Of a stretch of DNA of 64,000 nt, positions 7,570-15,383 are shown piece after piece. The notes below the pieces were generated by a model. That model saw only the letters and a program-made list of their open reading frames with translations, was not told the DNA's origin and did not search any database. The number at the start of each line of letters is the position of its first letter. The stretch's first letter is position 1. This stretch comes from a virus, in the IMG/VR virus record IMGVR_UViG_3300033552_000001, positions 1 through 64,000 of that record; one strand, written 5' to 3'. Made by a program: the position numbers and the translations under genes.

Positions 7570-9393
7570 ATGGTAGTCTTCAATGAAGAGCAGCACAAAT
7601 ATACTAATCAAAATAAACAGCAATATATATCAGCAACCACTATTATTCATGAATATTCTAAACCTTTTAATGCTTTATTCATGTCTCATTATTGTGCATT
7701 AAAAGAACTTGACAGGGATTTTGTTTATAATAAAGGAAGATATTTTCAAAAAGAAGGAAAGCCAATTGAGTATTTATTAGAAATTATTCCTGATTATGTA
7801 GATAGAGATATATTAGATTTAAAAGCAAGATTATTAGTTGCACAGTGGGATGAAACTAATAGACTTAGTAGAGTGAAGGGAACAAGAATACATTTAGAAA
7901 AAGAAAATGCTTCTTTGGGTAAAGAAAAAGAAGATTTTGCTGGAATGAAATATCAAGTAAATCAAAAAACACCTTTTAAGTTTGAAGATTTTAATGGAGT
8001 AAGTTATTATGAGTTATTAAAAGATGGCTATCATTCTGAATTATTATTATGGAATCATGAATTAGGAATTGCTGGAACAGCAGATATTGTAGTAATTGAA
8101 ACTGATATGTTTGGTGATAAATGGGTGAGTATTGGAGATTTTAAAGGGTTTTCCCTTGATACACCAATTCCTTCAAAAACAGGTTGGATAAACATGGGAG
8201 ATATTAAAATAGGTGATGAAATTTTTGATGGCAATGGTAAAATAACAAAAGTTAAAAACGTTTCAGAAATACATCACAACCCTTGTTTTAAAATAGTTTT
8301 TGATACTAATGATGAGTTAATTTGTGATCACGAACATAAATGGGAAATCACAAATAGAAAATCAAATGGTAAAACTCTATTTGATACTGTAATGACAACA
8401 GAGGAAATTTATAATTCATATAATAATGATTGTATGAAAAAACCTCAAATAAAATGTACAAATATTGATTTACCAGATGTTGATTTACCACTAGATCCTT
8501 ATTTATTAGGACTTTGGATTGCTGATGGAAATAGGACTTGTAGCTCAATAACTTGTTTAAATCAAAAAACATGGAAAGAAATAGAAAGAAGAGGGTTTGA
8601 AATTAGTATAGATCATAATAGAAATTCAGAAAAAGGAGCAGAATCAAGAACTGTTTTAGGAATAAGAAAAATATTAAAAGATTTACATTTAATAGGAAAC
8701 AAACATATACCAGCTATTTATTACAGAGCTTCACACAAACAGAGATTAGATTTATTAAGAGGTTTAATGGATGGGGATGGTCATTTTCATAAGAAAAGAA
8801 AAAGATGTGTTATGCTTACAACTAAAAAATGGCAAGCTGATTTGACAATGGAATTAACTTCTTCATTGGGAATGAAACCTACAATTTTTAATGGTAAAAC
8901 ATCTGGATTTGGGAAAACAAATATCCCAACATGGCATGTGTGTTTTACACCAACTGAAAATCCTTTTTTAACAAGAAATGAAGATTATTGTGAAATTGTG
9001 AAAAATAAAAGAACTCATATTGGTTTGCATAGAAGTATAAAAAGTATAGAAAGAATTGATACTGTTCCTACTAAATGTTTAGAAGTTGAAAGCGATTTGC
9101 ATACCTATTTAGTTGGAAAAAGTTTTATTAAAACTCATAATACTAATAAGGAAATTAAAATGGATAGTAAATATAAAATGCTTTATCCATTGAATAAATA
9201 TGGAGATGTAAATTATAATCACTATACATTACAATTGTCTTTATATTCTTATTTATTAGAACTGATGGGATTTAGGGTGAAGCATTTAAGGCTAATTTGG
9301 ATAAATGAAGTGGGAGATGAAATTCCTTTTATTTTAAATTACAAAAAACAAGATGTTATTAATATGATAAAACATTACAATCAAAACAAATAG
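7570..9393 (+). CDS. PD-(D/E)XK nuclease (crAss-conserved) containing an intein; about 275 aa after splicing
   Basis: Exteins rejoin as GIAGTAD...SIGDFK/TNKEIK and carry YTLQLSLYSYLLE (RecB/AddB-like QL..Y motif); position upstream of terL is typical. Confidence 0.9.
   Translation: MVVFNEEQHKYTNQNKQQYISATTIIHEYSKPFNALFMSHYCALKELDRDFVYNKGRYFQKEGKPIEYLLEIIPDYVDRDILDLKARLLVAQWDETNRLSRVKGTRIHLEKENASLGKEKEDFAGMKYQVNQKTPFKFEDFNGVSYYELLKDGYHSELLLWNHELGIAGTADIVVIETDMFGDKWVSIGDFKGFSLDTPIPSKTGWINMGDIKIGDEIFDGNGKITKVKNVSEIHHNPCFKIVFDTNDELICDHEHKWEITNRKSNGKTLFDTVMTTEEIYNSYNNDCMKKPQIKCTNIDLPDVDLPLDPYLLGLWIADGNRTCSSITCLNQKTWKEIERRGFEISIDHNRNSEKGAESRTVLGIRKILKDLHLIGNKHIPAIYYRASHKQRLDLLRGLMDGDGHFHKKRKRCVMLTTKKWQADLTMELTSSLGMKPTIFNGKTSGFGKTNIPTWHVCFTPTENPFLTRNEDYCEIVKNKRTHIGLHRSIKSIERIDTVPTKCLEVESDLHTYLVGKSFIKTHNTNKEIKMDSKYKMLYPLNKYGDVNYNHYTLQLSLYSYLLELMGFRVKHLRLIWINEVGDEIPFILNYKKQDVINMIKHYNQNK
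8146..9141 (+). mobile_element. Class 3 intein with LAGLIDADG (DOD) homing endonuclease, 332 aa
   Basis: Block A GFSLDTPIP; block B HEHKW; endonuclease motifs LLGLWIADG and LLRGLMDGDG; block F PTKCLEV; block G IKTHN followed by Thr+1. Confidence 0.9.
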
Positions 9394-9394
9394 A

Positions 9395-9784
9395 ATGAAT
9401 TTAGATAAGAATAATAATTACAGAAAAATTGTAACAGTTAACAATCAAATTGAAATGTATAGGGTAGTCATTAGAATACATTCTTTTATTTCACAAATTG
9501 TTTTGTCTATTACACAAGAAACAATTCTTTGTTATTTATGTGTATATGGAATTACAGAAGATTGTTATAGAGTAATATTAGAAGATAAGATTGTAAGTAA
9601 AAGAGGTATTCTTTATAATAACATTAGTACTTTAATTAATAAAAAACTAATTGAAAAGAAAGGTAGTTTTAAGAAAGTAATTGATGATTTAAAAGTAAAG
9701 TCAATTACAGAAAACTCTGCCTACATTACTTTAAAATTAAATATTAAAGATAAAGTTGAATTAAAATTTAATGTAGAACACTAA
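9395..9784 (+). CDS. Putative winged-helix DNA-binding protein
   Basis: LYNNISTLINKKLIEK helix pattern; crAss synteny. Confidence 0.55.
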   Translation: MNLDKNNNYRKIVTVNNQIEMYRVVIRIHSFISQIVLSITQETILCYLCVYGITEDCYRVILEDKIVSKRGILYNNISTLINKKLIEKKGSFKKVIDDLKVKSITENSAYITLKLNIKDKVELKFNVEH

Positions 9785-9789
9785 TCAAA

Positions 9790-10158
9790 ATGTTTATCAT
9801 AGAAGATATTAATAAAGAAATTGCTCATAAATTAAAGATTGATATTAAATTAGTAACTGCTGTTAATACAGAGCAATGGAAACAAGTTGAATACAATATA
9901 AGACATCACACTGCTTATGAAATTAAAGTACTTGGACTTTGTACTTTTACTCCCAGATATGTGGTAGTAAAAAAGAAAATAAGAGACTTGATTATAGCTA
10001 TTAGAAGGGAAAGAAGTAGAGAACCAACAGAAAGAAGTAAAATGATTGTAATTAATTTAACAAAACTTCTTAGTAATATATGGAAAATTAAGAATAAGTT
10101 TGCTCTTAATAATATTAAAATTCAGAATAAAAAACTAAATAGACAAGATGAAAAGTAA
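9790..10158 (+). CDS. HU/IHF-like DNA-binding protein
   Basis: INKEIAHKLKIDIKLVTAV...EIKVLGLCTFTP fits the HU/IHF pattern; crAss phages carry IHF-like genes here. Confidence 0.6.
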   Translation: MFIIEDINKEIAHKLKIDIKLVTAVNTEQWKQVEYNIRHHTAYEIKVLGLCTFTPRYVVVKKKIRDLIIAIRRERSREPTERSKMIVINLTKLLSNIWKIKNKFALNNIKIQNKKLNRQDEK

Positions 10159-10576
10159 ATATTATGTTCCCAATTTAGAAGAGTTGCATGTAGGATATAT
10201 TTGTGAAGTTAAAAATTCAAGTGATGATGAATACTTTGATTGGGAAGATCAGTTAATTGAGAAATCAGATTTAATGTACATAAATAATTGGTTAAATTGG
10301 AATGAATTAAGAACTAAATATTTAGATGTTTTTGATTTAGAAAGTTTAGGATGTAAATATAAAAGAGAATATAAAAATAATTTAGATTTTGAAAAAGGAA
10401 ATATCTATACAAATGGTTTCTTTTTAACTTACAACACAGAAACTCTGATGTTAAAGATTCAAAAAAATAAAGGTAATTTTGATAATTCAGGAACACCTAA
10501 AAGTGAATGTGTTTTTGAAGGAAAAGTAAAGAGTATTAATGAATTGAAATTAATATTTAAAATGTTAGAAATATGA
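10148..10576 (+). CDS. Hypothetical phage protein
   Basis: 142 aa, begins with a YYVPNLEELHVGY motif. Confidence 0.7.
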   Translation: MKSKYYVPNLEELHVGYICEVKNSSDDEYFDWEDQLIEKSDLMYINNWLNWNELRTKYLDVFDLESLGCKYKREYKNNLDFEKGNIYTNGFFLTYNTETLMLKIQKNKGNFDNSGTPKSECVFEGKVKSINELKLIFKMLEI

Positions 10577-10956
10577 ATGAGTATATTCAAGTATTAAAGA
10601 ATGGAATAAATAATATTTCAGGAGTAGCAGAAGGTTGGTCTAATTTAATAAAAGATAAATTAGGAGTACTATCTCCAAGAGAAAAGGAAGTTGTTGAAAA
10701 AAGAATTATAAAATGTTCTGAATGTCCTTTTAATAGTAGTAATGCTAAAAAGAATTTAGGATATGAAACTGATTTAGGTTATGATCACTGTTCTTCTTGT
10801 AAATGTCCACTAGATGTAAAACCTTTTGCCCTGCATGATAATTGTGGTTTGGAATGGTTTATGTTTAATGCACAAGATGAATCAGTAAAACATATTAAAG
10901 ACTATTATACAATTCACAATGAATCAATTGAATTAAAATGGAAAGCTATCAATTAA
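10573..10956 (+). CDS. Cys-rich putative Zn-binding protein
   Basis: CSECP, CSSCKC and a further downstream Cys. Confidence 0.7.
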   Translation: MNEYIQVLKNGINNISGVAEGWSNLIKDKLGVLSPREKEVVEKRIIKCSECPFNSSNAKKNLGYETDLGYDHCSSCKCPLDVKPFALHDNCGLEWFMFNAQDESVKHIKDYYTIHNESIELKWKAIN

Positions 10957-11011
10957 AATTATTACTAAAACAAACAGTTAAAAAAGCTCCTCAAAAGCTT
11001 AAAGATAAAAT

Positions 11012-11182
11012 ATGGAAGATAATAAATTAATACTTAATAGTTTAATATTAATAGCCATTGATTTAGTAGGTATTGTTAAAGGAGAAGGTGGTGCAAATTA
11101 TTATAGTAAATCCCTTAAAGCAGTAATTGATATTAGTGAAGTAGAAAATATAATAAAAGAAGCAGAATTATTAAACAAATAA
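11012..11182 (+). CDS. Small hypothetical protein (56 aa, not in ORF track)
   Basis: MEDNKLILNSLILIAIDLVGIVKGEGG... translated by hand; fills the gap. Confidence 0.45.
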   Translation: MEDNKLILNSLILIAIDLVGIVKGEGGANYYSKSLKAVIDISEVENIIKEAELLNK

Positions 11183-11187
11183 CAAAC

Positions 11188-11568
11188 ATGGAAAATAACA
11201 CAGTAGAATTTTCAGTGCAAGAATTTAGAATGTTGTTAGAAACAAAATCTAAGATAGTTGGGAAAGCATTATATGAATTAGAATTAATGGCTAATGTGCA
11301 GAATAAAGATGTTATTAATAAATTATTGGAAGAAAAAGTATTAACAATAGTTGATAATAATATTGTTTCTTCTGGATTTAGATTGACACCTGTTGATGGA
11401 ATTGAATTTACAGAAGAAGAAAGGAATTCTAATTTAGATGTATTAAAGAAAACTAGTGAAATATTTAATTTATATGGAGGCAAGAATACAGTAAAGGTTG
11501 AATTAGATAATTTAAATGATTTAATGTTTACAGTTACTAATGAAGATATTTTAAACTGTGTCCAATAA
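11188..11568 (+). CDS. Hypothetical protein
   Basis: 126 aa, preceded by ACAAAC-ATG. Confidence 0.7.
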   Translation: MENNTVEFSVQEFRMLLETKSKIVGKALYELELMANVQNKDVINKLLEEKVLTIVDNNIVSSGFRLTPVDGIEFTEEERNSNLDVLKKTSEIFNLYGGKNTVKVELDNLNDLMFTVTNEDILNCVQ

Positions 11569-11603
11569 TAATATTAGAAAAAACAATTATAAAATTAACA
11601 ATC

Positions 11604-11732
11604 ATGGAATTACAAGAAGAATTATTAGAAGTAACAAACAGTCAAGAGTATTTAAAATTAACAAGAAGACAAAAAAGAATGCTATTTAAAAAGAATAAAT
11701 TCAGTGAAAGAGTTAAACAGTTATTAAAATAA
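11604..11732 (+). CDS. Small hypothetical protein (42 aa, not in ORF track)
   Basis: MELQEELLEVTNSQEYLKLTRRQKRMLF...; its stop abuts the next ATG. Confidence 0.45.
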   Translation: MELQEELLEVTNSQEYLKLTRRQKRMLFKKNKFSERVKQLLK

Positions 11733-12299
11733 ATGGCAAAAAGACAAAATGTATATGACAGAGTATCTTATGACAGACTTAAAGAAGATGTAAAAGATAC
11801 AATTATATATATCAAAACAGAAAAGGTTAGTGAAATAAGAGATAGTATTCATTATAGGACAGCACCAAAAGGAGGTGTTGTCCCTTCAATCACTGTAAAT
11901 ATTGAAACTAAAATTGATACACAAGTTAAAACAATTACCTCTTGTTGTAAAATACTAAAATCTTTAATTGATAAAGAAGGACTTTCAGAATTTGTATTAA
12001 TGGGAATTGATAACATTTCTGATAAATTAAATGAAATTCAAATATTTTTTTCAGAGAAAAATATTAATTTAATTGAAGATAGAATGATTCCATTATCTTT
12101 TGGTAAAGGAACTATTATTGAAACCTTAGCTGCATCAAAAGAAAAACAAATTAATTTTAGAATTGAAATGCAAGAAAAAATATTAAAATTGATTCCTTTA
12201 ATTGATGAGTTAAAATCATTAAAAGAAGCTATTCAAGTAAAAGGAGGATATGACATTCCTCATAGAATGAAAATAAAAAGAAATCAAAACAATGAATAA
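11733..12299 (+). CDS. Conserved crAss-like protein, possible terminase small subunit
   Basis: 188 aa, helical, internally duplicated (IRDSIHY...KGG / IEDRMIP...KG), shortly upstream of terL; function from synteny only. Confidence 0.45.
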   Translation: MAKRQNVYDRVSYDRLKEDVKDTIIYIKTEKVSEIRDSIHYRTAPKGGVVPSITVNIETKIDTQVKTITSCCKILKSLIDKEGLSEFVLMGIDNISDKLNEIQIFFSEKNINLIEDRMIPLSFGKGTIIETLAASKEKQINFRIEMQEKILKLIPLIDELKSLKEAIQVKGGYDIPHRMKIKRNQNNE

Positions 12300-12588
12300 A
12301 TATGAAATTTGGACTGGTAATTATAGTTTAGGACAAGGTTATCACCAAGGAGAAGTACCTGAAAAGGTGGCAGATATTGAGGCAATTAGTTTTAAAGTGG
12401 CTTGTATGAAACATGAACTTAAACAAAGATTAAAGTTTATAGATAATTTAGAAGGAGATAATAGAAATAGAGAAAAAGATATTTTAGAAACAGGATTTAA
12501 TTTTGGATTAAATTTACAAACATTAACTCAACCTTGGTTAGGTAGATATTATGAAACAAAAACAGAAGCAGATAAATCATTTAATTAA
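12292..12588 (+). CDS. Hypothetical protein
   Basis: 98 aa, overlapping start. Confidence 0.65.
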   Translation: MNKYEIWTGNYSLGQGYHQGEVPEKVADIEAISFKVACMKHELKQRLKFIDNLEGDNRNREKDILETGFNFGLNLQTLTQPWLGRYYETKTEADKSFN

Positions 12589-12599
12589 AAACAAACAAT

Positions 12600-12932
12600 A
12601 TGTTAGTAAATACAGAAAATAAATACCACAAGTGGTTCAGTACTAAATGGTATAATCACAATAGTTTTAGTTTAATCCCTGTGTTTCAAATTATCAAAGC
12701 TGATGATCATAACACTTGGAAATTTAATTTTAGATGGTTATTTTTAGAAATGTGGAGTTTAGATAATTTGTGTTTTGAATTAGCAATTACTTGTGATACT
12801 CATTGGGGAGTTGGTTTAACTGCAATTCTACCTTATTTAAGAATTAAATTTACAATTCCTATTCCTGAAAAATTAGGATTTAAAACTGATAATTTATTTA
12901 CAAGAAACCCAAAATGTAAACATAATGCCTAA
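12600..12932 (+). CDS. Hypothetical protein
   Basis: 110 aa, aromatic-rich; overlaps the terL start. Confidence 0.6.
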   Translation: MLVNTENKYHKWFSTKWYNHNSFSLIPVFQIIKADDHNTWKFNFRWLFLEMWSLDNLCFELAITCDTHWGVGLTAILPYLRIKFTIPIPEKLGFKTDNLFTRNPKCKHNA

Positions 12933-14928
12933 AAAAATAATACCACAAACAGATATATTTAATTATAAATCAAAAGAGTTTTTATTAAATTTAAATCCTT
13001 CTGATATACCACCAAAGTCATCTGTGCATTATGATGATTTTGTAATACATGAAGAAGAGAAAAGTATTGGTGGTGTTAATATAAATGGAATACAAATTCC
13101 AGGTTCTTTATATTTTGAATTAAATCATTGGAATATAAAGCTTGATGTTCTTGATAGACATGGTAATATTGTAAAAGAAATAGGGCATCCTAAGTTAAAA
13201 GATAATTCATGGATTATACACAATGGTTATACAGATGCTTTTAAAGATAAAAAGATATTAATAATAGGTGGCGGACGCCAGAGTGGAAAGACAACAACAA
13301 TCACTTCTTTATTAGGTAGACAAATGATTTTGTTTCCTAATACTTTTAGTTTAGGGCTTTATTCTAATTCAAAAGATCAAGAAATTAATGCTGGTTATTT
13401 AGATGTTGGATTTGAAAATTTAGAACATCTCAAAATACCTAGACTTGATAAAAACTGGAAAGGAGGTTTAATTAGACTTGGTTATAAAAAGGTAGATAAT
13501 ACAGATGAAATATGGAGTACTCTTTACATGAGAAACACTGACGAAGGTAAAAATACACAAGTAGGTGCTGGTACAACATTAAATTTCTTTGTGTTTGATG
13601 AAATAGCTAAAGCCCCTGTATCAAAAGCTATGGAAGCAGTTAAACCTGCTTTAATATCTGAATTTGGTTTAAGGTGTTCTCCAATTTATGTATTTACTGG
13701 AGGTGATGTTTTAAAGTCAAAAGATGCTGAAAATTTGTTTATGAATCCAAAGGCTAATGATATTTTGGAATTTGATAATGAAGGAAAAAAAACAGGATTG
13801 TTTTTAGGAGGATGGTATAGGCAAGATTTTAAAAATACTGTTAGTCTTGCTGAATATTTAAAAGTGGATGTAATCAATTCAGAATTAAATACTATAAAAA
13901 TTCAAGTAACAGATTTTGAATTGGCAAATGAAACATTAGATAAAGAACAAGAATTATTAAAAACAGATCCTGATAAAAGTAAATATACAAAACATAAAAT
14001 GTATTACCCAAGAAGTATTCATGAAATGTTTCTATCAGAAAATGAAAATCCATTTAATAAAGAAGGACTTGAACAAACAGACCAATTTTTATTAGCTAAT
14101 CCGATTGGTCAAAACATTGAATTATTTAGAGGACTTAATGGAAAACCTCAATTAAAGTTTAGTAATAAATTTCCTATAAATAATTACCCTACACAATCAG
14201 GAGATAACTTAGATGCTCCAATTGTAATGTATGATAGTCCTGATAAGTTTAAAGGACAAAAAGGAATTCATGTAATTGGTGTTGATACTTATAATGATGA
14301 TGAAGCACCTAATTCAGATTCATTAGGTAGTATATATGTAGGTAGAAAATTTCATTCTGATATATCAGATCCTTTTAATGGTTGTATGGTTGCTTCTTAT
14401 ACTGCAAGACCTAAAACAATGAAAGAATTTAATAAAACTTGCTTAATGCTTTGTGAATATTATGATGCTCAAATTATGTATGAACATACAGGAGGGGCAT
14501 TTAAGGATTTCTTTGAAGGAGAAAACAAATTGCATTTATTAATTGACACTCCTTCATTGACAAAAGAAATATCCCCTAATAGTAAAGCAGGTAATACAAA
14601 AGGGTTAAGAGCTACTGTACCAATACAAAAACATGCTTTAAATCTTTCATTAGATTATGATAATGAGGAATTGCCAAATGGACAATTAGGAGTTAGTAGA
14701 AATTTAGATAGAATGTTAATAGCTGAAAAAATAGCTTATGATGGAGTAAAAAACACAGATAGATATATTGCATTTTCTATGATGGTAGAAGCTTTATATA
14801 TGTATAAAAAATATACCACTATTGTAAATAATCAAGAAGAAGATAGTAAACCAGAAACAAGAGTGAGATTTGATGCTTTTGGTAATCAAAGAAAAAATAA
14901 TAATAAAGTAAATGCTTTTGGATTTTAA
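12925..14928 (+). CDS. terL: Terminase large subunit
   Basis: Walker A GGRQSGKT, Walker B FVFDEIAK, RNase H-like nuclease IGVDTY; upstream of portal. Confidence 0.92.
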   Translation: MPKKIIPQTDIFNYKSKEFLLNLNPSDIPPKSSVHYDDFVIHEEEKSIGGVNINGIQIPGSLYFELNHWNIKLDVLDRHGNIVKEIGHPKLKDNSWIIHNGYTDAFKDKKILIIGGGRQSGKTTTITSLLGRQMILFPNTFSLGLYSNSKDQEINAGYLDVGFENLEHLKIPRLDKNWKGGLIRLGYKKVDNTDEIWSTLYMRNTDEGKNTQVGAGTTLNFFVFDEIAKAPVSKAMEAVKPALISEFGLRCSPIYVFTGGDVLKSKDAENLFMNPKANDILEFDNEGKKTGLFLGGWYRQDFKNTVSLAEYLKVDVINSELNTIKIQVTDFELANETLDKEQELLKTDPDKSKYTKHKMYYPRSIHEMFLSENENPFNKEGLEQTDQFLLANPIGQNIELFRGLNGKPQLKFSNKFPINNYPTQSGDNLDAPIVMYDSPDKFKGQKGIHVIGVDTYNDDEAPNSDSLGSIYVGRKFHSDISDPFNGCMVASYTARPKTMKEFNKTCLMLCEYYDAQIMYEHTGGAFKDFFEGENKLHLLIDTPSLTKEISPNSKAGNTKGLRATVPIQKHALNLSLDYDNEELPNGQLGVSRNLDRMLIAEKIAYDGVKNTDRYIAFSMMVEALYMYKKYTTIVNNQEEDSKPETRVRFDAFGNQRKNNNKVNAFGF

Positions 14929-14959
14929 TGAGTACATTGCATAAACAATTTAAATAATC

Positions 14960-15154
14960 ATGTGGAAAGAAATTAAATTATGGTATTATAGAAAATTTGT
15001 AATATCCGAACAGAAAGCATTAGAATTAGGTTTGAGATGGTATTGTAATGTTCATGGAGATAAAATTAACTATTTAAATTGTAGAAGTATTTACAAAGAT
15101 GATAAATACAGATTTTACAAAATAGAAGAATTAAATCACAAGTATAATAAATAA
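14960..15154 (+). CDS. Hypothetical protein
   Basis: 64 aa between terL and portal. Confidence 0.55.
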   Translation: MWKEIKLWYYRKFVISEQKALELGLRWYCNVHGDKINYLNCRSIYKDDKYRFYKIEELNHKYNK

Positions 15155-15174
15155 CAATTTAAATAGATAGCAGT

Positions 15175-15273
15175 ATGAAGAAACCAGTGTATTCAGTAAA
15201 GAAGAAAGAAACTGCTGTTAAAGCACCAGTAGCTACAGCCATGCAAAAAGGAGGTAAAAAGAAAATGTGTTAA
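15175..15273 (+). CDS. 32-aa basic peptide carrying MQKGG (not in ORF track)
   Basis: MKKPVYSVKKKETAVKAPVATAMQKGGKKKMC translated by hand; shares the QxGG motif of the cargo proteins. Confidence 0.6.
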   Translation: MKKPVYSVKKKETAVKAPVATAMQKGGKKKMC

Positions 15274-15383
15274 TCTAAACACAACAAATTTGTTATAACT
15301 CATTTTTATTACATCATGTAATAGAAATGAGTTATTTTTTTGTTTATACTTTATTGTATCTAATATTTGTAAAAATTATAAAT

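Noticed and set aside
7570-9393. Cas4 annotation for the nuclease
   Set aside because: The exteins lack the four-Cys Fe-S cluster motif of Cas4, and there are no cas genes or arrays.
15327-15383. N-terminal hydrophobic extension of the portal (MSYFFVYTLLYLIFVKIIN)
   Set aside because: It looks like translated AT-rich intergenic sequence; the ATG at 15384 has the typical A-rich context.
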